Below are positions 45,690 to 55,855 of a stretch of 64,000 nt of DNA, one piece after another. The DNA is from an uncultured Eubacteriales bacterium. Lineage in GTDB: Bacteria > Bacillota > Clostridia > Oscillospirales > CAG-382. A program made the position numbers and the translations under genes. The stretch's first letter is position 1, and each line of letters opens with the position of its first letter. The notes beneath the pieces are model-generated. The model did not search any database and was not told where the DNA came from. It was given only the letters and a program-made list of their open reading frames with translations. The stretch covers positions 132,008 through 196,007 of the forward strand of contig CAKSOW010000001.1 in NCBI GenBank assembly GCA_934479825.1, given 5' to 3'.

Positions 45690-46741
45690 CTCTTTGAAAG
45701 GGTATTATGTATTTCGTTCTGTCTGCTTTTTCGGTATTCGCGCGGTGAAATCCCGGCATATTTTTTAAACATGCGGCTGAAATATTCCGACCCGGAGAGT
45801 CCGAGAATAGCAGAAATACGGTGTATGGGAATCTGCGTTTCGGACAACAGATAAGCGGCCTTGGACATGCGTACAGAAAGCTGAAAAACGGAAAAACCAT
45901 TGCCGGTCTGCTTTTTTATAATGCGGTGCAGATGCTCCGGCGTATAGCCAAAATGAGCAGCTGTTCCGGAAAGCGTGGCCGCAGCAAAATTCTGTGTTAT
46001 ATAGCGAAGGATTTCCAATGCGTCGGCGCTCTTTCTTTGATTTTTCCCGGAAATAACCGCTCTTTCGGATGTTTTGCATTCATTTAAACATAATATCATT
46101 AGTTTTGCCAAGGCCTCTTTTTCAAGCGCCTCTATGGCGATGCTGTTGTCGCACATAAGAAGCCGTTCGATGTATGCCGGAATCTTGTCTGCCTGTTCGG
46201 GCTTGCTTTTATCTGCGGTGTGAAAGACAGACCATCCCTCTTTCAGATCCATATGGTTTATAAAATGATCGGCGCGCCGTTCCCGAAGTTCCGACCGAAA
46301 ACGTTTGATCCAATCGGCACGGAAAATGATATTGAACGCCTGCGCACCGGCGCACGGATAGCAGGAATGATAAACGCCCGGCGTCATGAATAACAGCTCA
46401 TTTTCTTTCAAAACGACCGGTACGTGGTTCACATATTCCGTAACCGTTCCGCGCAAAACATAGTTCAATTCGACAAAATCATGGTTGTGATATACCACAG
46501 CGTTGTTTCGCACAATATTGTTGGTGGTTACCGCAATATGCGGATCAAAGCAGAAATCCAACAGAAACAGTGTCGGCGCCGCACACCGGTCATCGAGCGT
46601 TCGGGCGCGTTCTTCGAGAAAAGCAAGTATAGCTTCGGGAGATTCTTTGTCTAAATCGACATACATTTTATATTTAGCGTATTTTATCCCAATTAAGCCA
46701 GTCATAACACTTTCGTTCATACCCTGCCGCCTTTCATGCAT
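45686..46741 (-). CDS. AraC-family transcriptional regulator (cupin sensor plus HTH_AraC)
   Basis: C-terminal LSGTAAHFGYTPEHLHRIIKKQTG...ISAILGLSGSEYFSRMFKKYAGISPREYR. Start is 46741 or 46720. Its 3' end overlaps spmB by 4 nt. Confidence 0.85.
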   Translation of the reverse strand: MHERRQGMNESVMTGLIGIKYAKYKMYVDLDKESPEAILAFLEERARTLDDRCAAPTLFLLDFCFDPHIAVTTNNIVRNNAVVYHNHDFVELNYVLRGTVTEYVNHVPVVLKENELLFMTPGVYHSCYPCAGAQAFNIIFRADWIKRFRSELRERRADHFINHMDLKEGWSVFHTADKSKPEQADKIPAYIERLLMCDNSIAIEALEKEALAKLMILCLNECKTSERAVISGKNQRKSADALEILRYITQNFAAATLSGTAAHFGYTPEHLHRIIKKQTGNGFSVFQLSVRMSKAAYLLSETQIPIHRISAILGLSGSEYFSRMFKKYAGISPREYRKSRQNEIHNTLSKS

Positions 46742-46874
46742 TATGCATAAGGATTATAGCACAAATATCAAAAATTGTCAACTTTTTATGCGTCATGCTA
46801 AAATAAGTCATTTATTTTAACCGCAGCTCGTGCTATAATATTCCTATAAGAATCAGCCGAAAGGATGGATAGAC

Positions 46875-49637
46875 ATGAAAAAACGTTTTTTGCTTCCGTT
46901 TTTCTTTGCAGTGGTGTGTGCTGCGCTTCTAACAGTGTGCTTTGCCGAAACGCCGATGATTTTGTATGATTTCAGCGAAAAAAACAGCACGTGCTATTGG
47001 ACAACAAATCTGTCGCCTTCCGAAATCAGCGGCGATGCTTGGGTCGGGACGACCAACAAGATAAACAACATAATTGCGTTATCAACGGAGTCTTTACCGA
47101 TAAAAGGAGCTGATTATCCGTATTTTGTCTTTCGTGTAAAATACGAAATTCCTGAGGGAACGAATTATCTACCGATCTCCCATGCTTATTTTAAGATTGT
47201 GGATGAATCCGGAAATGTCGTTGCAGGTCTTTGGGACCAAAACGGCGCGAATAAAGGCCATACCATGAAAGCAAGCGACAACGGAAAATATGTTACTTAT
47301 TTTTATGATATGAGAGGTAACTCCACCTATATGGAAAACTATATTTCTCAGATAACGGTCGGCGTTGGTCTGTACTATACCGGCGTTAAGGTCGCTATGG
47401 ATTTTGCTGCATTTGCCTCCGATAAAAATGTGACTGTCACCTTTGCCGATCCGACAGAAAGCGCACTTTCTCTGCCGGAGCCTGCTAAAAGCGAACTCGG
47501 CTCCTCCATGGAGCTTGCCGGATATACAGCGCAGAAAGAAGATAACCGCTTACTCGGTTGGGCGCTCACGCCGAATGCGACCGAACCAATTGATCGAATC
47601 GACTGCGTAAAAGAAAATGTAACGCTCTACGCAATTTGGGAAAAAGCGGAAACCGTGAAGGTTACCTATCATATGGATGAGCAAAGTGAAATTGTTTTGA
47701 AAAATCCCGGCGACAGGCTGTATTCTCCTGTTACACCGACACGTGATGACGGGCTTATCTTCTACGGTTGGTCGGCTTCCGCTGACTCTTCCGATGTTTT
47801 GCCGTATGCTACGACTGTTACCCAAGCCACAGAAGTTTATGCTGTTTGGGGAGAGGGTTTTGAATGGAATTTTGATAAAGATGGCGATACAGAAATTACC
47901 ACCCCCGACCAGATAACCGGTGTTACCGTCCAAGGCGGCGCACTGCGCGGCACAACCTCCGGCAATGACCCAAAGTTGTTTCTTCGATTTAAAGCTGATT
48001 TGGGACATTTCAACACTGTAATTGTCCAAGGAACCGCTGATTCCGAAAACGGATCAGACAACGCATGGTTTCAGGTATATGCTGCATTTGATAAAGAATC
48101 TCTCGCAGAAGAACGAAGCATAAATAAAAACTTCTTATACGCGGAAGGACTTTCGGAACTTCGTTATTCCCTATACAAGGAGATAAAATCTGCTTCTTCT
48201 TATAAAAATATTAGGTTACTGCGCTTAGATCCCGGTTCACAAAGTAATATTAACCTTTGCATAGAACGCATTTTTGTTATCCCGGATGTGCCGGCTGCGG
48301 CACTATTTGATGCAGATGACGGCACAGGAATAATGCCGCGCATTCTTCCGGACGAAAACGGCTATGTCACCCTTCCGGAAAACAAATTTACTCATTCTTA
48401 TAAAATGTTTGAAGTGTGGACAGACGGAATGAACAACTATACACCTGGTACAAAAGTGAAAATTGATAGTTTTGTCACCTTCTACCCGAAATGGAAAGAA
48501 GGCAAAATCAAAAACCTTGATACTGAGTTTTATCCCGGTTTTACAAAAAAAGCACTGATTTTCAGCTATGATGATGGCAGCATGCCAGGCGATAAATCGT
48601 TAATCGAGCATTTGAATGCGGTCGGCTATGTTGGCTCTTTCAATATCATATCCAGCCATTGGAATACTTTAACCGAATCGCAGTTAGAAGAAAAGCGCCA
48701 TATTTATGCCGGTCACGAAATTGCCAACCACTCGTATACACATCCGCGAATGAATGAAAAAGACGAGATAACTGGCGAGTTTGTATTAACGGAAGAAGAA
48801 TGCATTAATGATATTGCTGCTGGCAAAGAAATGCTAGAAAAAGTTTTCGGTTATGAAGTAGTCGGCTTTGCATGGCCATATACGGTTCCTGCAGCACGCC
48901 CGGGTATTCGCAAGCATGCATGTGAAAATTACATTTATGCACGCGGTGCCGCTGACAATTATAGCTTTGATGTTCCTGATTCTTTCTTAGATGCGTGGAC
49001 TTTCACGGTTTATCAGGTTCGTTCTGAGGGTGTTTTAAAAACGTGTGCTGATAAATACAAGGATTATGATAGCACTAATCTCTCGCTATTCTCGGTTTGG
49101 GGACATTCATTCGAGTTTTACAACGGCAAGCTCTCGTTTGACGAATACGATGAGTTTCTGAATCTCTGTAAAACCATCGACCTCTGGAATCCGACCTGCG
49201 CTGACTATGTACGCTATGTCAATGCACATAAAGAAATGATAGTCGATTACGAGAACGTCTATAACCCCTCGGAATTTACCCAATACATCAAAGCGAACGG
49301 AGAAGAGATCGTACTTCCGGCCGGCGCTCGCTATGACGGAGAGACGGTATTCTGCAACAAGGCGCTTAACACCCAAAACGGTATTGAAGTTGCTGTTAAT
49401 CTCGACGCCAGAAAAGCAACCGGTGAAAAGGCGGCTTTTCTTACTGCGGTGTATGACAAGAACGGTAAGCTGATTTCCTGCCGGACTTCGGAAATTGCAG
49501 GCGGTATCCTGCAAACGGCGCGGACAGTATTACCTGCAACCTCCCAAGCCGTATCGGTCAAAGTATTTCTCTTTAACGATTTTTCTTCTTTTGCACCTTT
49601 GGACAACGCAAAAATCATTCCGGTTACGGCTGAGTGA
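46875..49637 (+). CDS. Secreted multidomain polysaccharide deacetylase (CE4/NodB) with Listeria-Bacteroides-type repeats
   Basis: Signal peptide. LLGWALTPNATEPIDRIDCVKENVTLYAIWE and FYGWSASADSSDV...VYAVWG repeats. NodB motifs FSYDDG and HEIANHSYTHP. C-terminal beta-rich domain. Confidence 0.85.
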   Translation: MKKRFLLPFFFAVVCAALLTVCFAETPMILYDFSEKNSTCYWTTNLSPSEISGDAWVGTTNKINNIIALSTESLPIKGADYPYFVFRVKYEIPEGTNYLPISHAYFKIVDESGNVVAGLWDQNGANKGHTMKASDNGKYVTYFYDMRGNSTYMENYISQITVGVGLYYTGVKVAMDFAAFASDKNVTVTFADPTESALSLPEPAKSELGSSMELAGYTAQKEDNRLLGWALTPNATEPIDRIDCVKENVTLYAIWEKAETVKVTYHMDEQSEIVLKNPGDRLYSPVTPTRDDGLIFYGWSASADSSDVLPYATTVTQATEVYAVWGEGFEWNFDKDGDTEITTPDQITGVTVQGGALRGTTSGNDPKLFLRFKADLGHFNTVIVQGTADSENGSDNAWFQVYAAFDKESLAEERSINKNFLYAEGLSELRYSLYKEIKSASSYKNIRLLRLDPGSQSNINLCIERIFVIPDVPAAALFDADDGTGIMPRILPDENGYVTLPENKFTHSYKMFEVWTDGMNNYTPGTKVKIDSFVTFYPKWKEGKIKNLDTEFYPGFTKKALIFSYDDGSMPGDKSLIEHLNAVGYVGSFNIISSHWNTLTESQLEEKRHIYAGHEIANHSYTHPRMNEKDEITGEFVLTEEECINDIAAGKEMLEKVFGYEVVGFAWPYTVPAARPGIRKHACENYIYARGAADNYSFDVPDSFLDAWTFTVYQVRSEGVLKTCADKYKDYDSTNLSLFSVWGHSFEFYNGKLSFDEYDEFLNLCKTIDLWNPTCADYVRYVNAHKEMIVDYENVYNPSEFTQYIKANGEEIVLPAGARYDGETVFCNKALNTQNGIEVAVNLDARKATGEKAAFLTAVYDKNGKLISCRTSEIAGGILQTARTVLPATSQAVSVKVFLFNDFSSFAPLDNAKIIPVTAE

Positions 49638-49675
49638 TTTAATACGCAGGGGCCGCTCTCTCCCTCACGCTTTGC

Positions 49676-49910
49676 CCCCAGTGATTTGAAAATTTAAATC
49701 ACTGGGGTTTTTGTTTTTCGTTAAGATCGATAATTTTGTGCTTAATTACAGCAACAGGCGAAGTGCGTTCGTCAACACTTCACATTCCTATTTCTGAATT
49801 TTCATCTTAATCAAGAGAACGCGCGGCGGTTTGAATTCTCAAAACCGCCGCGCATCAAAAACTAAATTCTTTTGCTAAGCTCTTCTTTAAACAATAAGAA
49901 AAGCTGCGTT
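49676..49910. repeat. Composite palindromic intergenic element, copy C (diverged dimeric copy)
   Basis: Hairpin CCCCAGTGATTTGAAAATTTAAATCACTGGGG plus T-run (49676..49720). The core ends in TTTTCATCTTAATCAAGAGAAC as in copy B. H1 GCGCGGCGGTTTGAATTCTCAAAACCGCCGCGC (49821..49853), spacer ATCAAAAACTAAATTCTTTTGC, degenerate H2. Confidence 0.75.
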
Positions 49911-49915
49911 TCCTT

Positions 49916-50422
49916 TCAATCTAAATACGCCATATTCGGTGCGATTTCAATAACACCGTCTTTGTATGAGGAATGATTGAAAAACTCATCGAAAAATTCC
50001 ATCGGCACATAGGTAACGCCGTCATAAATGACTGTTTCACAAGCATTTTTGATTTCTCTGCTAAGGTCGATCACCTTCAATTTTCCTTTGATTGATACCT
50101 CGGCTGTTCCGTCATAGAGGGTGGCCATTTGCGTATAGGCATCCTCCACCGTGACAGCGCCGCTTTTTTCATCCCACGTCACGGTATAGCCGAGTGCCTC
50201 AGCCACCAATCGCAGGGGCACCATATAGGTGTTGTTTTCAGCGTAAGGGGCTTTCGGGAGCATACTTGTATCAAGCTCTTTTTCCGATACACGAAGAACT
50301 GTTTTAAATTCTTCCGGAGCGACAGCTGAGATATCCGGTGTGGATGCCTCCGCAACATTGGAGAGCAGACACATGGAGAGAATACAAAGGCCGATAACGA
50401 GATAACTGACAAAGTTTTTCAT
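49916..50422 (-). CDS. Secreted copper-amine-oxidase N-terminal (stalk-like) domain protein
   Basis: Start MKNFVSYLVIGLCILSMCLL after a GGAGGA RBS. MVPLRLVAEALGYTVTWDEKSGAVTV is the hallmark of the Cu_amine_oxidN1 fold. Confidence 0.8.
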   Translation of the reverse strand: MKNFVSYLVIGLCILSMCLLSNVAEASTPDISAVAPEEFKTVLRVSEKELDTSMLPKAPYAENNTYMVPLRLVAEALGYTVTWDEKSGAVTVEDAYTQMATLYDGTAEVSIKGKLKVIDLSREIKNACETVIYDGVTYVPMEFFDEFFNHSSYKDGVIEIAPNMAYLD

Positions 50423-50503
50423 AAGCGATCCTCCTTGGAACGATTTCGGTTGATACCCATAAGACGCTATCACCGGAAAAAAGTTCCGCTTTGTTATAAA
50501 AAT

Positions 50504-51790
50504 TCAATGTGATTTGAAGGGCGCGACCAGATGTTTTTCGGAATACAGCGGTGAATAGAGCGTCTTATCCGTGCAGAGCACCCCACGCCGGATAACATGA
50601 ATCCCGTATTGCGAACGAAGCATATCCACCGTTCGGTCAAGCTCTTCGGTTTTTTCGGTATCCGTCTCAAAAAGCGACTTCTGATACTCTTCGCCGCAGA
50701 CAACAAACCCCGAAGTCCGCACACCGAGCGAGCGAAGTGTAAGACCTTCCGGAAAACTGCGATGATACAGCGCAAGAGCCTCTTCGGCAAGCGTTCTTTC
50801 ATGATTGGTCGGCAAAACACCGCATTGTTTTTCCACGACCTTTAAATCCGGATCCCGTAACGATATCTGCAAGACCGTTGCTTTTAAAGATGCCTTGCGA
50901 AGCCTTGAACAAACCTTATCACAGAGCGCGTAAATCAAAACCTTGATATCCTCTTGCGTCGTCATGTCGCGTGGTGTGGTGGCGGAATTCCCGATACTTT
51001 TGATAACATCTTTATAGACAAGATTCTGTACCGGGGATGCGTCGTATCCGCAGGCATTGAGAAACAGCGTTTCACCGCTTTTTCCGAGTATCGAACGGAA
51101 AAAGGCACCGTTTTTTTCCGCCACATCGCCAATCGTCTCCACTGAAAAGCTGTGCAAACGTTTTTGGGTACTGCGTCCGGCATACATCAGTTCCCCAATG
51201 GCAAGCTTCGATATTACCGGCACATATTCGTCCGGGCCGAAAACAGTCACAGCGTCCGGCTTCTTGTAGTCGCTGGCCAATTTTGAAAACGTCTTATTGT
51301 CGCTGACCCCGACCGAAACGGTAAGTCCGGTCGCTTCAAAAACATCTTTCCGCAAACGGTTGGCGGCTGAAATACCGTCGTCAAGGGTTTTGACTCCGTG
51401 GATTCCTGTAAGTTCCAGCCATGCTTCATCCATGCCGAACGGCTCAACGCGGTCGCTGTAACGGGCATAAACGGCACGGACTTTCTGCGAATAATACAAA
51501 TACTCCTCATAGTGCGGCTCCAAAACCACAAGTGCCGGACAAAGCTGTTTAGCCTGCCAGATCACCTGCCCTGTTTTAATACCGCATTTTTTTGCCAAAT
51601 TGTTTTTGGCGAGCACAATGCCGTGCCGTTCCTCTTTGTTGCCGCATACCGCTACCGGATAGGCCGAAAGAGCCTTATGTTTCAAGCACTCTACGGACGC
51701 AAAAAAATTATTTAGATCGGAATGCAGAACGATTCTGCCGCGGTTGATTCCTTGATGTGTGATATATTTTTCCGCTTCTGTCGCTAACAT
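50504..51790 (-). CDS. dinB: DNA polymerase IV (Y-family)
   Basis: IVLHSDLNNFFASVE, EPFGMDEAWLELT, SVGVSDNKTFSKLASD. Start at MLATEAEK (51790) preferred over 51865. Confidence 0.9.
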   Translation of the reverse strand: MLATEAEKYITHQGINRGRIVLHSDLNNFFASVECLKHKALSAYPVAVCGNKEERHGIVLAKNNLAKKCGIKTGQVIWQAKQLCPALVVLEPHYEEYLYYSQKVRAVYARYSDRVEPFGMDEAWLELTGIHGVKTLDDGISAANRLRKDVFEATGLTVSVGVSDNKTFSKLASDYKKPDAVTVFGPDEYVPVISKLAIGELMYAGRSTQKRLHSFSVETIGDVAEKNGAFFRSILGKSGETLFLNACGYDASPVQNLVYKDVIKSIGNSATTPRDMTTQEDIKVLIYALCDKVCSRLRKASLKATVLQISLRDPDLKVVEKQCGVLPTNHERTLAEEALALYHRSFPEGLTLRSLGVRTSGFVVCGEEYQKSLFETDTEKTEELDRTVDMLRSQYGIHVIRRGVLCTDKTLYSPLYSEKHLVAPFKSH

Positions 51791-52017
51791 ATTCTTCTTC
51801 CCTTTTAGAACACATGTTTCTTTTGAATATATTTTAGCACACGTGTTCGCATTTGTCAAGAACAAATGTTTGCAAATTACACCTGTTTTTGAATTTGAAA
51901 GAAAAATTGTGAAAAAGATGAAAAAAACAGGAAACTTTTCTTTCTGTTTTTTCGTCTAACTGGCATAAAACCAAAGTAAAAGCAAAATTTATATATTTAT
52001 TGAAAGGACTTATTGCA

Positions 52018-53067
52018 ATGAAAAATGTGAAAAACACCTCCAAACGTCTTGCGCTTGCTTTTCTTGCCGTTGCCCTTACTGCGACTTTGCTTGTTTCTCT
52101 CGTTGCCTGCGGAAGTAAGGCCTATTACGATAACTCGGATTATTTGATGGACACTTCCGAAAGTCCAGGCTCTCCTTCCGGCGGTGCGGAGGCAAAAAGC
52201 TCCCGTGATTATAACGGTAACTACTCTTTTGGCACTAGGGCTGAAAATTACTATGATTCCGACGGAGCCGCTATGGAATCGGAAAGTCAATCCTCTCTTG
52301 CCGAACAAGCAGAAACTGCGCGAAAAATCATTTACACCTCCTATTTCAGCGTTCAGACGACGGAATTTGATCAAGCAGCCGCCGCGCTTGACCGCTTATG
52401 CGAAAAATACGGCGCTTACTATGAACGGTCAGATACCTACGGATACGCCGATGAGGGAAACCGAAACGGTTCTTTTACCATTCGCGTACCGGCGGACAAA
52501 TATCAAGCGTTTCGCACCGAGGCCGGAAATATCGGAACAGTGGTGCATTCAACCGAAAACAACGAAGACGTCAGTGAACGGTATTTCGATACCGAAGCGC
52601 GCTTGTCCAGCGCCAAGCTCCGCGAAGAGCGGTTATTGGACATTTTAAGCAAAGCAGAAAGCCTCGACAATGTGCTCCTTTTGGAATCTGAACTTGCCGA
52701 TGTTCGTTATGAGATTGAAAGCCTTTCCGGAACGCTACGCCGCTATGATTCGTTGATCAGCTATTCCACCGTCAATATCGATTTGCAGGAGGTCTTTAAA
52801 CCGATTGCGGTTCAGACAATGCCCAAAACGTTTGGCGAGCGGATTTCGCAGGCTGTATCAAACGGATTCCGTGACTTTGGCAATACCATGGAAGATTTTG
52901 CGGTGGATGTTTCGTATGGGTTACCGGGCATCTTGCTGTTTGTGATTTTTGTGGTCATTTTGGTTATTGTTATCCGAGTTATTATCAAAAAAGCCGGAAA
53001 AAAGGCGAAAAACAAAGCAAAGCCGGAAATTCCGGCCGAACAGCCAAAGAACGATGATAGCAAATAA
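52018..53067 (+). CDS. DUF4349-like lipoprotein with C-terminal TM anchor
   Basis: Lipobox LVACGS, low-complexity linker, FTIRVPADKYQAFRTE..., coiled-coil region, C-terminal GILLFVIFVVILVIVIRVII. Confidence 0.7.
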   Translation: MKNVKNTSKRLALAFLAVALTATLLVSLVACGSKAYYDNSDYLMDTSESPGSPSGGAEAKSSRDYNGNYSFGTRAENYYDSDGAAMESESQSSLAEQAETARKIIYTSYFSVQTTEFDQAAAALDRLCEKYGAYYERSDTYGYADEGNRNGSFTIRVPADKYQAFRTEAGNIGTVVHSTENNEDVSERYFDTEARLSSAKLREERLLDILSKAESLDNVLLLESELADVRYEIESLSGTLRRYDSLISYSTVNIDLQEVFKPIAVQTMPKTFGERISQAVSNGFRDFGNTMEDFAVDVSYGLPGILLFVIFVVILVIVIRVIIKKAGKKAKNKAKPEIPAEQPKNDDSK

Positions 53068-53081
53068 GGCTGTGCACTGGG

Positions 53082-53380
53082 TAAGGGCTGCTCACCCTTA
53101 AACCTCGCCCACTTTTCTTAAAAGAAAAGTGGGACAAAAGAATTTGATTTTTTGTCCCCGCCATTTGAATTCTCAAATCGCCGGGGACTTTTTATCTTAG
53201 TGAAAATGAAAAAATGTACTATTTTAAAAGTGAGGCATGTTTTCCAACAATTCGCACCACAATCTCCCAATTTTTCATCTTTAATCAAGAGAACGCGCGG
53301 AGGTTTTGAGTATTCAAACCGCCGCGCGTTAAAACTAAATTCTTTTGCCAGGCTTTTCTTCTAAGAAAAGCCGCGTTCCC
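53082..53380. repeat. Composite palindromic intergenic element, copy B (reverse complement of copy A)
   Basis: Hairpins at 53108..53133 (CCCACTTTTCTTAAAAGAAAAGTGGG), 53156..53186, 53292..53330 (AACGCGCGGAGGTTTTGAGTATTCAAACCGCCGCGCGTT) and 53351..53372 (GGCTTTTCTTCTAAGAAAAGCC). By hand, the reverse complement aligns to 4102..4420 over its full length with a few indels in the core. Confidence 0.85.
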
Positions 53381-53395
53381 TAACAACGTCTCCCT

Positions 53396-54001
53396 TTAAT
53401 CCAATTCAATCCTTTTATCTGCAACGCTCTCCGCTTCGGCACGGTCATGCGTTACCCAAAGCACCGTCTTTCCTTTGCATTTTTTAAGAATATAGGAGGC
53501 AACTAACTTTTTGTTATCCTCGTCCAATCCGCTTGTCGGTTCATCGAGAAACACAAAAGCGCTGTCACATAGCATCGCACGCAAAATAGCAACGCGCCGT
53601 TTCATTCCTCCGCTGAGAGAAGAAACAGGCTTGTTCAACAACGTTCGCTCCATCCCGACCTCTTCAAGCATATCGCCAAGATCGGAACGTGCAACTTTTT
53701 CGACAAGTCTTAAATTCCGGTAAACCGTAACATTTTCAACAAGCCGGTTTTCCTGAAAAACGAAAGCGATTTTTGCATTTTTGTCCGGAATACCGACCAC
53801 TGTTCCGCTATCCGGCTTGATAAGGCCGGCTAACAAATAAAGTAACGTCGTTTTTCCGCAACCGGATTCGCCCATTAAGCACGTAACCGCATTATCCGGA
53901 ATTTTGGCGCAAAAATCCGCTAGAACCGCCTTTTCATCAAAGGACTTCGAGAGGTTTTCAATCACAATCGACACCGGCTCACATCCTTTCAAACAGCGCA
54001 A
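53396..54001 (-). CDS. ABC transporter ATP-binding protein (NitT/TauT-type importer)
   Basis: Walker A GESGCGKTT, signature LSGGMKRR, Walker B VFLDEPTSGLD. Start uncertain (ATG 54001 or GTG 53974). Confidence 0.85.
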   Translation of the reverse strand: MRCLKGCEPVSIVIENLSKSFDEKAVLADFCAKIPDNAVTCLMGESGCGKTTLLYLLAGLIKPDSGTVVGIPDKNAKIAFVFQENRLVENVTVYRNLRLVEKVARSDLGDMLEEVGMERTLLNKPVSSLSGGMKRRVAILRAMLCDSAFVFLDEPTSGLDEDNKKLVASYILKKCKGKTVLWVTHDRAEAESVADKRIELD

Positions 54002-54743
54002 ACGCCTTATCGGTAAGGGTCAGTATAATTTTCTCAAAAACAACGCTCAAAAGAACGATGACAAACGTCCAGGCAAACAAATCTGCCGTCATAAAATAAG
54101 CTTTGGAAAAATATAACTGTTCACCGATCGAGCCGTGCGGAACACCAATGAGTTCAGCGGCTACGCCGGCTTTCCAACATAATCCGAGCGAAACGCATAA
54201 TGCTGTGCGAACATAGGGAAACGCCGCCGGAAGATAGATATATAACGCCCGGGATACCGGAGAAATCCCATAGATTTTTGCCATTTCAAGCATTTTGGCG
54301 TCACGCGCGTCAATGCCGGATAACATACCGGTGTACAGCACCGGCAAAACCATGACAAACGAAATAAACACCGACAGTGACGACGAACCGAGCCAAATTA
54401 ACGCTAAAATTACAAATGACGCTACCGGTACGGATTTGACAGCCGCCATAAACGGATAAACAAGCGTCCGGAAAAGCCGGAATATTCCCGAAAGGACAGC
54501 AAGCAGAAGCGCGGCGAAAAAAGCGGCAAAAAAGCCGGAGAAAATCCGCAAGGACGTATAGAAAACCGAGTGCCGGAAATCCGCTGTTACCAACAGTTCT
54601 TTCAGCCGCAAAAGCACCGCGGCCGGCGACGGCAGCAAAAGATCATATCCGACAAGCATCGATACCGCTTGCCATACCGCAAGCCAGAATATAAGCACGG
54701 CGGCGCGACCAAGCAGTCCGCCGCCGGAAATTTTTCTTTTCAT
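53979..54743 (-). CDS. ABC transporter permease (NitT/TauT family)
   Basis: Six TM segments. EAA-like loop MLEMAKIYGISPVSRALYIYLPAAFPYV. Confidence 0.85.
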   Translation of the reverse strand: MKRKISGGGLLGRAAVLIFWLAVWQAVSMLVGYDLLLPSPAAVLLRLKELLVTADFRHSVFYTSLRIFSGFFAAFFAALLLAVLSGIFRLFRTLVYPFMAAVKSVPVASFVILALIWLGSSSLSVFISFVMVLPVLYTGMLSGIDARDAKMLEMAKIYGISPVSRALYIYLPAAFPYVRTALCVSLGLCWKAGVAAELIGVPHGSIGEQLYFSKAYFMTADLFAWTFVIVLLSVVFEKIILTLTDKAFALFERM

Positions 54744-54748
54744 CCTTA

Positions 54749-55822
54749 TTATTCGTTCGTATCGGTAAGACCGTAGTAGAACGCGTCATCCGGAAGTTTT
54801 CCGCCGACTGCGGCGCTGTTCTGCGCATACAAAACGGATAGATATGCCGAAAGCTTTTCTTTCATAGCGTTTCCGGATATAAAGGTAATATTGCAGTACG
54901 GAATGGCTTTTTCAGCAACGTCTGCCTTGAAAATGCCGCACTTTTCGACAAGCTTTGCCGCGTCCGAAACATTGTAATTGACAAAATTGACCGATGCCTG
55001 ATAATCCTTTAAGAAGTTATCGACAATATCAGCGTGTTCGGTGACAAAAGCTTTACGCGCAACAAGTACCCCGGTAATTAACGTGTTTCCGGAAGCGTTT
55101 TCCCATTCCTTGGTCAGGTCAAGCGCGATACGGATATTTTCGTTAGCCGCTTGGGCGGTTGTTACAAACGGCTGCGGCAGCATGGCAACGGCGTTTGTTT
55201 CAGTCGTAAGCGCCGCAACGCACTCCGCGTGTTCTGCCTTATATTCCACAAACACATCTTCGCCGACGGTAAGTCCGTTCGAGGTAAGCATATAATTCAG
55301 CGCATATTCCGGCGTACTGCCTTTGCCGCTTGCATAAATGGTCTTGCCTTTCAGATCTGAAACGCTTTTTACGCTGTCACCGTTTTCAACGATATACAGT
55401 ACGCCAAGCGTGTTGATGTTCAATACAACGATCTCCCCGCCGGTCTTGTTGTACAGAACCGACGCAAGGTTGGCCGGAACAGCTGCCATGTCAAGTTCAC
55501 CGCTGATCAACTTCGGGGTTACAGCATCGGCGGCAGCTTCAACCGAGAAATCGCATACATAGTTCAATTTCCCGTCTGCATCGTCAGGCGTCGGATCGTC
55601 AATCATTTTGACAAGTCCGATAGCGGTCGGCCCTTTTAAAGCGGCGACATTGACAACCGTCGGCTCGGTATCGATCGGCAGGGTGTCCGCGGAGTCCTTC
55701 GTTTCATCGTCACCGGTTTCGACGATATTGTCCGGCGTGTCCGGGAGATTTGTCTGTTTGCAGGCACAGAACAGCACCGCCAAACACATAAGAAGTGTGC
55801 CTAAAATCAGTTTCTTTTTCAT
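54749..55822 (-). CDS. ABC transporter substrate-binding lipoprotein (NMT1/THI5-like)
   Basis: Lipobox LFCACKQ. ALKGPTAIGLVKM... periplasmic-binding fold. Same operon as the permease and ATPase. Confidence 0.8.
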   Translation of the reverse strand: MKKKLILGTLLMCLAVLFCACKQTNLPDTPDNIVETGDDETKDSADTLPIDTEPTVVNVAALKGPTAIGLVKMIDDPTPDDADGKLNYVCDFSVEAAADAVTPKLISGELDMAAVPANLASVLYNKTGGEIVVLNINTLGVLYIVENGDSVKSVSDLKGKTIYASGKGSTPEYALNYMLTSNGLTVGEDVFVEYKAEHAECVAALTTETNAVAMLPQPFVTTAQAANENIRIALDLTKEWENASGNTLITGVLVARKAFVTEHADIVDNFLKDYQASVNFVNYNVSDAAKLVEKCGIFKADVAEKAIPYCNITFISGNAMKEKLSAYLSVLYAQNSAAVGGKLPDDAFYYGLTDTNE

Positions 55823-55855
55823 TTTCTTATCTTCTTTCTAAAATTGATTGACAGT

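Noticed and set aside
53152-53364. 70-aa ORF inside repeat copy B
   Set aside because: It lies entirely within the palindromic element. The equivalent frame is not open in copies A or C, and it has no RBS.
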